DNA of 64,000 bases from assembly GCA_963741955.1 (NCBI GenBank), contig CAVUKB010000005.1:672001-736000 (forward strand). Reading direction: 5' to 3'. Position numbers and translations under genes: made by a program. How positions within the stretch are numbered: position 1 is the stretch's first letter; the number at the start of each line of letters is the position of its first letter. Below are positions 1 through 10,451 of the stretch, one piece after another. This stretch comes from an uncultured Acidobacteriota bacterium (GTDB lineage Bacteria > Acidobacteriota > Thermoanaerobaculia > Gp7-AA8). Below the pieces are notes generated by a model. It made no database searches. It worked only from the letters and a program-made list of their open reading frames with translations, and was not told the origin of the DNA.

Positions 1-22
1 GCTCTTCTCCCCCGCGGCCGGG

Positions 23-898
23 GTGAAGGGATTCGATTTCGGACTGGTGATCGCCGTCGCCTCCACCAACCTCATCGCGCTCGGGATCGGCCTGCTGAGA
101 AGCTCGCGCAGACGCAAGTCGTTCGTACGCGAATTCACCCGGATCCGCGACGAGGCGGCCGACCGGATCCGGATGCGGCAGGAGCTCGAGTATGCGCGGC
201 AGATCCAGCTCAGCATGTTGCCGCGCGAGATTCCCCGTATCGACTGGATCGATCTCGCGAGCGTCTCCCTCCCCGCGACTGAAGTCGGGGGCGACTACTA
301 CGACTTCTATTTCCCCTCTCCCGACGGGATCGTTCTCACCTGCGCCGACGTGGCAGGACACGGACTCGGAAGCGGTCTGGTTCTCTCCGGCGTCCGAAGC
401 GGCCTCGCTCTCCTCTCCGATCAACTCGACCATCCGGAGGTCGTGATGGAACGGATGCACGGGATGATCCGCCGGACGACGGCGAAGCGGATGCTCGTGA
501 CCATGGCGCTTCTCGCGATCGACCGGCGGTCGCGCGTCGCCCGCTACGCCACCGCGGGGCATCCCCCCCTCCTCCTCCGTCGCTCCTCGGGATCTGTCGA
601 GGAGATCCTTCACGGATCGCTCCCGCTCGGCGCCGGGCTCGGCGACGGCTTCCCGGTTCACGAGATCGCGTGGAACCCGGGGGACCTCTTCCTGCTGCAC
701 ACGGATGGCCTCTATGAGACGCGCAATCCCGAAGGTCAGTCCTACGGTCTGGAGCGACTGATGGACGTGATGGCTGCACTCCCCACTGCCGGGTCAGCCG
801 CGGAGGCCCGAGACAGCATCCTCCGCGACGTCACCACGTTCCGCGAGAGCGGCCAGCAGGAAGACGACCTCACGATCGTCGTCGCAAAGATGGCGTGA
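23..898 (+). CDS. PP2C-family (SpoIIE/RsbU-like) Ser/Thr phosphatase, probably 5'-truncated by the window edge
   Basis: Motifs EVGGDYYD, ADVAGHG, TDGLYE, QEDDLT; N-terminal TM segment; frame is open back to position 2. Confidence 0.9.
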   Translation: MKGFDFGLVIAVASTNLIALGIGLLRSSRRRKSFVREFTRIRDEAADRIRMRQELEYARQIQLSMLPREIPRIDWIDLASVSLPATEVGGDYYDFYFPSPDGIVLTCADVAGHGLGSGLVLSGVRSGLALLSDQLDHPEVVMERMHGMIRRTTAKRMLVTMALLAIDRRSRVARYATAGHPPLLLRRSSGSVEEILHGSLPLGAGLGDGFPVHEIAWNPGDLFLLHTDGLYETRNPEGQSYGLERLMDVMAALPTAGSAAEARDSILRDVTTFRESGQQEDDLTIVVAKMA

Positions 899-932
899 GG
901 CGTGGGGCGAGCGGCGGCGTATGAACCGCCGT

Positions 933-1189
933 CATCTCCACAGGAGCGCCGGCATCCCTGCCGGCTCGTGACGAGCATCCCGTGCTCGTCACTTCCTTTC
1001 GCGCACGATTCCTCGACGCGAGAATCCACAGCACTCCCGAGGATCCCTCGCGGTCAGGCACGGAGGCCTGACCGCAGCCGGCTTGAAGCCGGCGCCCCTC
1101 GGGCAGCCCGCATCTCCACAGGAGCGCCGGCATCCCTGCCGGCTCGTGACGAGCATCCCGTGCTCGTCACCTCCTTTCGCGCACGATTC
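933..1189. repeat. REP/BIME-like element, about 1.4 units with 178-bp period; same family as the RAYT-flanking arrays
   Basis: GGAGCGCCGGCATCCCTGCCGGC at 943 and 1121; GCGGTCAGGCAC-GAGGCCTGACCGC and GCCGGCTTGAAGCCGGC hairpins shared with 22969-25677; lies between convergent genes. Confidence 0.9.
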
Positions 1190-1206
1190 TTTGTTGTCAG
1201 TCTTCT

Positions 1207-2220
1207 CTACACCACCCGACCCACCGCCGGCACGATGATCCGCAGTTCGTCCATCAGCTGCGCGAACTGATCCGGGTAGAGCGACTGGGGACCGTCGCAG
1301 AGCGCATGCTCCGGTTCGTGGTGGACTTCGATCAGCAGACCGTCCGCCCCCGCCGCGACGCTCGCGCGGGCGAGCGGCATCACCTTGTCCCGGCGCCCCG
1401 TGGCGTGGGAGGGGTCGGCGATGATCGGGAGATGGGAGAGCTTCTGCACCACCGGGATCGCCGAGATGTCGAGCGTGTTCCGCGTATACGTCTCGAACGT
1501 CCGGATGCCCCGCTCGCAGAAGATCACCTCGTAGTTGCCGCCGTTCATGATGTACTCACTCGCCAGCAGCCACTCCTGAATGGTCGCCGACATTCCGCGC
1601 TTGAGGAGTACCGGCTTGCGGATCTCGCCGAGCGCCGCCAGGAGGTTGAAGTTCTGCATGTTGCGCGCACCGACCTGAAAGATGTCGACGTACGGCATCA
1701 TCGCTTCGATCTGCCGGATCTCCATCACCTCGGAGACGGTGGCCATCCCGAACTCGTCACCGGCGGCGCGGAGGATCTTCAGCCCGTCCACCCCCATCCC
1801 CTGGAACGAATAGGGAGAGGTGCGCGGCTTGTAGGCCCCGCCGCGAAGGATCTTCGCGCCGGAGCGCGCCACCCGTGACGCCGTCTCGAAGACCTGCCTC
1901 TCGTTCTCGATGGTGCACGGCCCGGCCATGATCACCACTTCCGGCCCGCCGATCTTCACCCCGCGAACGTCGATGATCGTCTTCTCGCGCTTGAACGTTC
2001 GGCTCGCGAGTTTGTACGGTTCACTCACCCGGACTACTTCCTGGACTCCGTGGTACAACTCGAACTCCCTCTGGTCGAGCGTCTCGACCTTTCCGACGAC
2101 GCCGAGCACCGTCTGTTCGGATCCGGTGGAACGATGTACGTCGAAACCCCGCTCGGTGAGGTCTCCGACGACTTTTTCGATCTCTGCTTCCGTTGCGCTC
2201 TTTTCCATAACAATGACCAT
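1207..2220 (-). CDS. aroF: DAHP synthase (type I-beta, N-terminal ferredoxin-like regulatory domain)
   Basis: AGPC, RGGAYKPRTSPYSFQG, GARNMQNF, KRG, CERGIR, DPSH motifs; ATG at 2220. Confidence 0.95.
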   Translation of the reverse strand: MVIVMEKSATEAEIEKVVGDLTERGFDVHRSTGSEQTVLGVVGKVETLDQREFELYHGVQEVVRVSEPYKLASRTFKREKTIIDVRGVKIGGPEVVIMAGPCTIENERQVFETASRVARSGAKILRGGAYKPRTSPYSFQGMGVDGLKILRAAGDEFGMATVSEVMEIRQIEAMMPYVDIFQVGARNMQNFNLLAALGEIRKPVLLKRGMSATIQEWLLASEYIMNGGNYEVIFCERGIRTFETYTRNTLDISAIPVVQKLSHLPIIADPSHATGRRDKVMPLARASVAAGADGLLIEVHHEPEHALCDGPQSLYPDQFAQLMDELRIIVPAVGRVV

Positions 2221-2221
2221 G

Positions 2222-2530
2222 TCACTCGTCCACTTCCCTTTCGACCCGTCTCGATTCGTCGATGATCCGCTCGAAGAGTCTCCGCATGGTGATCGGCTCG
2301 AGCGGACCCTCCGACCACTTCTCGACATTTGCGAGAACTTCCTTCTCTCGTTCGGGAACGTAGATCGGCTCCTCGATTGCGCGCTTGATCTGACCGATCT
2401 CCACTGCGTACTTCGCTCGCTGATTCAGCAGCTTCACCAGCACTTCGTCCACTTTGTCGATGGCCGTACGTAGTCTGCGCAACTCGTTGTGAGCGGCGTC
2501 CGGCTCGAGATTCCGCGCGTTCCGGTTCAT
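2222..2530 (-). CDS. Chorismate mutase (AroQ/type II)
   Basis: LRTAIDKVDEVLVKLLNQRA...IGQIK...PERE pattern; ATGA overlap with trpA stop. Confidence 0.9.
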   Translation of the reverse strand: MNRNARNLEPDAAHNELRRLRTAIDKVDEVLVKLLNQRAKYAVEIGQIKRAIEEPIYVPEREKEVLANVEKWSEGPLEPITMRRLFERIIDESRRVEREVDE

Positions 2531-3317
2531 GGCGCCTCCCCGTTCAGAATCTCCCGAACCGCACGTCCCGCTCGCTCCGCGGCGCCGGCCACTTCTCCCT
2601 GGTCGATCGCGCGCACGATGGCGCTTCCGACCACCACCGCATCGCACAGGGGTGCGAGCGTCCGATACTGTTCGTGTGTCGAGACTCCGAAGCCCACCGC
2701 GAGCGGTTTCTTCAACGCGAGCCTCACCTCCCGGAGCCGCTGGACCAGACCCGGATCGAGCTCGCGCCGCGCCCCCGTCACGCCGTTCGTCGAAACGTAG
2801 TAGACGAAGCCGTCACTCATCTTCCCCACCAGAGCCATCCGTCTGTCCGTCGACGTGGGAGCGAGGAGGAACACCGAACCGATCCCGCACCCGTCGAGGT
2901 GCCGTTTCAGATCTCCTGCCGATTCCGGGGGAAGATCGGTCACCAGCACCGAATCGATGCCGGCGCCGGCTGCGTCGGCGGCGAACCGCTGGTACCCGTA
3001 GCGGTGGATCGGGTTGAGGTACGAAAAGAGGACGAGCGGAATCTCACTCCCGCTCCGAACGCGGCGCGCGACCCCGAGCACGTCCGCCATCGTCGTTCCA
3101 CGCTCCAGAGATCGTTGCGATGCGGCCTGAATCACCGGACCGTCCGCGATCGGGTCGGAGAAAGGAACCCCGAGCTCGATGCAGGACGCACCGCTCCGTT
3201 CCAGTTCGCGGACGATTCCGACCGTCGTCTCCGGATCGGGGTCGCCGCAGGTCACGTACGCCACCAGACCGCATTTCCCGTTTCTCTTCAGCTCGCGAAA
3301 CTGCTTCGTCACCCGGT

Positions 3318-3321
<4 letters not shown>
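2527..3321 (-). CDS. trpA: Tryptophan synthase alpha subunit
   Basis: [37 protein letters not shown]; GTGA overlap with trpB. Confidence 0.97.
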
Positions 3322-4513
<1,192 letters not shown>

Positions 4514-4517
<4 letters not shown>

Positions 4518-5188
4518 CGACTCTCCTTCGCCGCCGCGACGAAGCGACGGATCTTCTCTCGATCCTTGATCCCTGCTGCCGACTCCACTCCGGTCGAGAC
4601 GTCCACTCCGTCCGGCCGGGCGATCCGGATCGCTTCGCCGACATTGTCGGGGGTCAGCCCTCCAGCGACGAAGAACGGCCGGTCCGAGATCCCACGCACC
4701 AGCTCCCAATCGAACGTCACTCCGGTCCCTCCCCAAGTGGTGCGGCCGTCTCGGTCGCATCTCCTGTCGTCTCGAGAACCCTCGGATGCGACCGGGACGG
4801 TCGCACCACTTGCCGTGTCATACAGCAACCACTCCCCAACCATGCCATCCACTACCGGCACCCTCTCCCCCACCCGCACGGCGCGGATCACCGGCCGCTG
4901 GATCAACCGTGCGACGTCGTCGCTCTCCTCACCGTGCAACTGCACGAGGTCGAGGCCGACTCCGTCCGCCACTCTGTTGATCTCTTCCGCCGCCGTGTTC
5001 CGGAAGACTCCGACCACATGGACGGCCGCGCCGGTCAGAGCCGCGACGACCTCCGATGCGCACCTCTCCGTCACCATCCGTTTCGACCCGGTCGCAAACA
5101 CCATCCCGACCATGTCTGCACCCGCTTCGACCGCCGCGAGCGCGTCTTCGAGGCGGGTGATTCCGCAGATCTTCACCAGCGTATCCAT
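4514..5188 (-). CDS. trpF: Phosphoribosylanthranilate isomerase with an in-frame REP-derived insertion
   Basis: [37 protein letters not shown]. Confidence 0.95.
4734..4812. repeat. Inverted REP doublet inside trpF
   Basis: 28-bp arms 4734-4761 and 4785-4812 are reverse complements with 2 mismatches; near-identical intergenic copy at 27891-27913. Confidence 0.85.
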
Positions 5189-5994
5189 CACTCCTCCCCC
5201 GCGCCTCGATTCACGAGCCCGCGCACCGCAGCGACCCGATCGTCGTTCCGGAGAAGAGATTCTCCGACCAGAAACGCGTCGAACCCTGCATTCAGAAGAC
5301 GATCGACGTCGGCCCGAGTCCGGATCCCGCTCTCGGAGACGCGCACGACGTCCTCGGGAATCCCGCGCACCAGCCTTTCCGATGTTTCCAGATCGACGGA
5401 AAAGTCGCGAAGGTCGCGATTGTTGACTCCGATGATCTTCGCGCCGCATTCGAGTGCGACGTCGAGCTCCGTCTCGTCGTGCACCTCCACCAGCGCATCA
5501 CATCCATAGCCGGCGATGCGGGCGAGGAGCTCTCTCAGTCGAAGCGGAGTGAGAATCGCGACGATCAGCAGAAGGGCATCCGCTCCGGCCGCCACACCGA
5601 GGTCGATCTGCTGCGGTTCGACGATGAAGTCCTTCATCACCACCGGCCTTCCCGAAGCCTCCGCTGCCACGGCGATCCACGTTCTCGAGCCGCGAAAGAA
5701 CTTCGGCTCGGTGACGATGGAGATTGCCGCAGCGCCGCCTTCGCGATAACCCGTGGCGATCGCGGCGACGTCGGGATCGTGGACGATCGTTCCGGCGGAG
5801 GGAGAGGCCGCCTTGATCTCGGCGATGAGACGTGCCGCGGAGGCCTCGCGTCCGCGGGACAGCGCGTTGTGGAAGCGAAACGAGTCTCTCTCTCCCACCA
5901 CGAGCTCCGCTTCGCGGCTCAGACGCGCGAGATCGGGCGCCGGATCGAGCCCGGCCCGCGTCTCGGTGACGATTCGCGAAAGGACCGTGTTCAC
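5188..5994 (-). CDS. trpC: Indole-3-glycerol phosphate synthase
   Basis: IAEIKAASPS, KDF, LVEVH, IGVNNRDL, SESGI, LVGE. Confidence 0.96.
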   Translation of the reverse strand: MNTVLSRIVTETRAGLDPAPDLARLSREAELVVGERDSFRFHNALSRGREASAARLIAEIKAASPSAGTIVHDPDVAAIATGYREGGAAAISIVTEPKFFRGSRTWIAVAAEASGRPVVMKDFIVEPQQIDLGVAAGADALLLIVAILTPLRLRELLARIAGYGCDALVEVHDETELDVALECGAKIIGVNNRDLRDFSVDLETSERLVRGIPEDVVRVSESGIRTRADVDRLLNAGFDAFLVGESLLRNDDRVAAVRGLVNRGAGEE

Positions 5995-7019
5995 TGCGCG
6001 GCCTCCTCGAGCTCACTCGACGCGACGACGAGCGCGTCGAGACGGGATGCCGCACGACCGGAATCGATCGACTCGGCAGCGGCACGCACTCCTTCGCGAA
6101 TGCCGGAGACGAGACCGGCCACGTAAAGCGCCGCGCCTGCGTTCGCGAGAACGATCTCGCGTGCCGCCCCTTGCGCGCCGTCCAGGACTTCCCTCGCGAT
6201 GCGGGCGTTGGTCGTCGCGTCGCCGCCGCGAAGCTGCTCGATCGGATGGGGGATCACTCCCATCTCCTGTGGAGTCAGCTCGTATTCGATGATCGCCCCC
6301 CCCCGCAACTCCGCCACTCGCGTGCGGCCGGAGATGGAGATCTCGTCGAGTCCTTCCTCGCTGTGGACGACCATCGCGTGCTCCGCCCCGAGCGTACGCA
6401 GTACGGAAGCGAGGATCGGAACCAGCTCCGGAGCAAAGACACCGATCACCTGGCGGCGCGCCCGTGCGGGGTTGGTCAGCGGCCCCAGTACGTTGAAGAT
6501 CGTCCGCACGCCGAGTTCACGCCGGACCGGCGCCATCGCCGCCATCGCGGGATGGAGCTTCGGGGCGAACAGAAACGAGATCCCGGTCCGCTCGAGAACG
6601 GACGTCATCTGTTCGGCATCGAGGTTGATGTTCACTCCGAGAGCGGTGAGTACGTCCGCACTTCCGCAGGACGACGAGACCGCGCGATTTCCGTGCTTCG
6701 CGACGCGCGCTCCCGCCCCCGCCGCGACGAATGCGGCAACCGTGGAGATGTTGAACGTTCCCGCGCCGTCTCCGCCGGTCCCGCACGTGTCGATCAACCC
6801 ATCCGCCTCGACCCGGAGCGAGATCACTCTCTCGCGCATTGCGGTCGCCGCTCCCGCAATCTCGTCCGGCGTCTCTCCCTTCATCTTCAACGCCACGAGG
6901 AGTGCGCTCTTCTGGACATCCGAGACTTCTCCGTCCATCACTTCCGAGAAGACGCCCTGCATCTCGTCGAGCGAGAGGTGGCTCCCCGACATCACCTTGC
7001 GTATCGATCCTCCGATCAT
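5991..7019 (-). CDS. trpD: Anthranilate phosphoribosyltransferase
   Basis: DTCGTGGDG, NIST, KHGNR, GPLTNP, LDE. Confidence 0.97.
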   Translation of the reverse strand: MIGGSIRKVMSGSHLSLDEMQGVFSEVMDGEVSDVQKSALLVALKMKGETPDEIAGAATAMRERVISLRVEADGLIDTCGTGGDGAGTFNISTVAAFVAAGAGARVAKHGNRAVSSSCGSADVLTALGVNINLDAEQMTSVLERTGISFLFAPKLHPAMAAMAPVRRELGVRTIFNVLGPLTNPARARRQVIGVFAPELVPILASVLRTLGAEHAMVVHSEEGLDEISISGRTRVAELRGGAIIEYELTPQEMGVIPHPIEQLRGGDATTNARIAREVLDGAQGAAREIVLANAGAALYVAGLVSGIREGVRAAAESIDSGRAASRLDALVVASSELEEAAQ

Positions 7020-7591
7020 GAGAGACCTCCGATGCGGCAGAAATTCGCGATGAGACGGTCCCCCTCCGTCGTGCCGTAGGACTCGGGGTGAAACTGGATT
7101 CCGAAGATCGGACGTGTACGGTGCGACACCGCCATCACGCATCCGTCGTCGGTGGCTGCGTCGACCTCCAGGCCGGCCGGAAGGGTCGCAGCATCGGCGA
7201 CGAGGGAGTGGTAGCGCGTGGCCCGGAAGGGATTGGTGCAGCCGTCGAACAGCCGCCGCCCCTGATGACGGATCGAATCCACTTTCCCGTGCACCGGCTC
7301 CGGCGCGCGAACGATCTCCGCGCCGAACGCTTCCGCGATCGCCTGATGCCCGAGGCAGACGCCGAGGAGCGGCGTGCCGTCGAGATGGCGGACGAGATCG
7401 ACGATCTTCCCCGCATGCGACGGCGTTCCCGGCCCGGGAGAGATCACGATCGCGTCGGGATTCGATGCGAGGAGCGCGTCGATCTCGAACTCGTCGTTTC
7501 TCACCACCTCGACGCGACGCCCGGAGACGACTTCGATCTGCTGCACCAGGTTCCAGGTGAACGAGTCGTAGTTGTCGATCATGGCGATCAT
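7016..7591 (-). CDS. trpG: Anthranilate synthase component II (glutamine amidotransferase)
   Basis: IDNYDSFT, SPGPG, GVCLGHQ, RYHSL, QFHPES. Confidence 0.96.
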   Translation of the reverse strand: MIAMIDNYDSFTWNLVQQIEVVSGRRVEVVRNDEFEIDALLASNPDAIVISPGPGTPSHAGKIVDLVRHLDGTPLLGVCLGHQAIAEAFGAEIVRAPEPVHGKVDSIRHQGRRLFDGCTNPFRATRYHSLVADAATLPAGLEVDAATDDGCVMAVSHRTRPIFGIQFHPESYGTTEGDRLIANFCRIGGLS

Positions 7592-9105
7592 CGCGCCACC
7601 TCCTGGAGTGCTTTCTCGCCGCTCCGGCGTCTCTCGGCGACCGCGGCTGCGACGCCGATCGCGCGACGCAGCGCGGCCGACTTGTTCACCGTCTCGACGT
7701 GCTCCCGCTCCGGATCGGAGTCGTAGACGATTCCCGCGCCTGCCTGCACGTACGCCTTCCCTCCGCTCATCACCACGGTGCGGATCGCAATGCAGGAGTC
7801 GAGATTTCCGGAGAAGCCGATGTAGCCGACCGCGCCGGCGTACGGTCCGCGACGCACCGGTTCGAGGCCGTCGATCAGCTCCATCGCGCGGATCTTCGGC
7901 GCACCGCTGACCGTTCCGGCAGGGAACGCGGCGAGGAAGCAGTCGATCGGCGTCCGGTCGTTCCGGAGTCTCCCCCGAACGACGCTCACCAGATGCATCA
8001 CGTGGCTGTAACGCTCGATCGCGCGGAACTGCGTCACTTCGACCGAACCGCTCTCGCAGACCCGCCCGAGATCGTTCCGTCCGAGATCCACCAGCATCAG
8101 GTGCTCGGCATTTTCCTTGGCGTCGGCGAGGAGCTCGGCCGCGAGCCGCGCGTCCTCTTCCTCCGTCGCTCCGCGCGGCCGCGTGCCGGCGATCGGACGC
8201 GTCTCGGCGAGCCGACCGTCGACGCGCACCAGCATCTCCGGCGACGAGCCGACCAGCGAGAGCTCACCGGTGCGGAAGAGGAACATGTACGGAGACGGGT
8301 TGATCCCCCGCAATGCGCGATAGAGGGTCAGGTCTTCCGATTGAGGAAGATCGCACTCCCATCGCTGCGAGAGAACGATCTGGAAGACCTCGCCCGCGGC
8401 GATGGCTTCCTTTGCACGCACTACCGCCTCCTGGAACTCTCCCGCCGCATGCGTGGAGCGGACCGCGACCGGCTCGCCGACGTCGCCGGAGACGAAGAGG
8501 TCCACCCGCGCGTCGTGCAGCCTTTCCACGATCGCGTCGAGCCGCGCATTCGCCCGCTCCAGGAGCACCGCACCCGGCTCCGGCGCGTCACTGAAGATGT
8601 TCGCGACGACGTAGAGCTGCTGCCGTACTTGATCGAATGCGAGCACCTGATCGAAAAAGAGAAGCGTCGCGTCGGGAAGCCCGAGGTCGTCCGTGCGCGT
8701 GTCGGGGATGCGCTCGCTCCATCCGGCGATCCCGTAGCCGAAGAACCCCACCGCACCGCCGAAGAAAGGCGGGAGCGCCTCTTCGTTCCAGACCCGCAGC
8801 GGCACGAGCTCTTCGCGAAGCGTCGCGACCGGACTCTTCGTGTCGGGTCCGAACGAGAGCGTCTTCCGCGGCGCGACGCCGATGAACGAATACCGCCCCA
8901 TGCTCTCGCCCCGCTCCACGCTCTCCAGAAGGAACGCTTCAGGCGCGAGCGACGAGAGCGCGGCGAACGCCGCCACAGGGGTGATGGTGTCCGCCCCGAG
9001 CAGCCGCACCACCGGGATGACGTCGTACTCCCGCCGCAGCGCATCGACCCGTTCCGGGGTCAGTGCTCCGTTTTTCGGGTACACCTCTCCTCTGCTCGTT
9101 TTCAT
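7588..9105 (-). CDS. trpE: Anthranilate synthase component I
   Basis: LLES, NPSPYM, SSPE, PIAGT, EHLMLVDLGRND, GAPK, AGAGIV. Confidence 0.96.
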   Translation of the reverse strand: MKTSRGEVYPKNGALTPERVDALRREYDVIPVVRLLGADTITPVAAFAALSSLAPEAFLLESVERGESMGRYSFIGVAPRKTLSFGPDTKSPVATLREELVPLRVWNEEALPPFFGGAVGFFGYGIAGWSERIPDTRTDDLGLPDATLLFFDQVLAFDQVRQQLYVVANIFSDAPEPGAVLLERANARLDAIVERLHDARVDLFVSGDVGEPVAVRSTHAAGEFQEAVVRAKEAIAAGEVFQIVLSQRWECDLPQSEDLTLYRALRGINPSPYMFLFRTGELSLVGSSPEMLVRVDGRLAETRPIAGTRPRGATEEEDARLAAELLADAKENAEHLMLVDLGRNDLGRVCESGSVEVTQFRAIERYSHVMHLVSVVRGRLRNDRTPIDCFLAAFPAGTVSGAPKIRAMELIDGLEPVRRGPYAGAVGYIGFSGNLDSCIAIRTVVMSGGKAYVQAGAGIVYDSDPEREHVETVNKSAALRRAIGVAAAVAERRRSGEKALQEVAR

Positions 9106-9173
9106 CGATTCATCCCCAGACTTCCCCGGCCGCTAAATTCGAGGTCCGATATTCGAGATCCGAAATCTCTCCG

Positions 9174-10451
9174 TCATTCCTCCAGAAACTGCTCCACCGT
9201 CAATTCCCGTTGTTCCCCCGTCTTCAGATCCTTCACCGTGACCGTCCCCTTCGCCACTTCATCCGCTCCGACGATCACTGCAGACGTGGCCCCCGAATTC
9301 GCCGCCGCTCTCAACGCTTTCCCCACTGCCGGCTCGCCATACGGAGAGACCACCGACTTTCCTCCGCGCCGAAGCCGAGCGACGATCGAGAGCGTCGCGG
9401 CGCGATTCCCTCCCCCGCCGGTGATGGCGAAGACGTCGACCCGCTTCGATTGCGTCGCGGCGAGGCCACGATCCTTCAGCAGTTCGCCGAGCACCACGTC
9501 GCCGAAGCCGAACCCGAGGGCCGGGACGTCGATGGCGGCGAGCGAGGAGAAGAGGCGATCGTAACGGCCGCCGCCGCAGATCGCACGGAGCTCGCCCTTC
9601 CGGTCGAAGATCTCGAAGACGATTCCGGTGTAGTACGCGAGACCGCGGACGATCTTCATGTCGAACTGGATCCAGTCGCCGAAGCCGAGTGCTCCGAGTG
9701 CTTCCTCGTACTGCCGAAGATCTTCGAGCACCTGCTCGAACTCCGGATGTCCGGCGTAGCGCGAGGTGATCTCTTCGAGCGAAAGGCTGGTCAGACCGAG
9801 CGCGTTTTCCGCGGCTTCCGGCGACAATCCGATCTCACGAAGTCTCTGGACGCAGACCTCGCGCGGATCGCGCTCGACCTTGTCGATCACGTTGTACGCC
9901 GTCGGGAGGTTCTCTTCCGACACGCCGAGGTCCGTGAGAGCGGCGTGGAGGAGCCGACGGTCGGAGTAGCGCGCCACGACGTCGTCCGCGGTGAGCCCGA
10001 GGGTCCGGAGGACGTCGAGCGCTGCGGCGACGAGATCGGCGTCGGCGAGGACCGACTCCTCCCCGATGATGTCCATGTTCAGCTGGAAATGCTCGCGGAG
10101 ACGGCCGCGCTGCTGTTTCTCGTAGCGGAAGAGCTGCGGCATGGAGAACCAGCGGACCGGACGCGGCAGCCCCTTGATGCGCGCGCCGAGCATCCGTACC
10201 AGCGTCGGCGTCATCTCGGGACGGAGCGCGACCTCGCGCCCTCCCTTGTCGGTGAAGTTGAAGAGCTGGTTGACGATCTCCGGGCCGGACTTCTCGATGT
10301 AGAGCTCGAGCGCTTCGAGCGGCGGGCCGTCGTACTCCTCGAACCCGTATCGCCGCGCGACGTCCTTCCATGCTCCGAAGATCTGATTCCGCCGGGCCAT
10401 CTCTTCCGGATAGAAATCGCGGAATCCCGGCAGTGCTGCATGCTTCGCCAT
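9174..10451 (-). CDS. hisS: Histidine--tRNA ligase
   Basis: LRPEMT, FRYEKQQRGRLREH, RGLAYYTG, GGGRYD, C-terminal anticodon-binding domain; TAATG overlap with upstream aroDE. Confidence 0.95.
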   Translation of the reverse strand: MAKHAALPGFRDFYPEEMARRNQIFGAWKDVARRYGFEEYDGPPLEALELYIEKSGPEIVNQLFNFTDKGGREVALRPEMTPTLVRMLGARIKGLPRPVRWFSMPQLFRYEKQQRGRLREHFQLNMDIIGEESVLADADLVAAALDVLRTLGLTADDVVARYSDRRLLHAALTDLGVSEENLPTAYNVIDKVERDPREVCVQRLREIGLSPEAAENALGLTSLSLEEITSRYAGHPEFEQVLEDLRQYEEALGALGFGDWIQFDMKIVRGLAYYTGIVFEIFDRKGELRAICGGGRYDRLFSSLAAIDVPALGFGFGDVVLGELLKDRGLAATQSKRVDVFAITGGGGNRAATLSIVARLRRGGKSVVSPYGEPAVGKALRAAANSGATSAVIVGADEVAKGTVTVKDLKTGEQRELTVEQFLEE

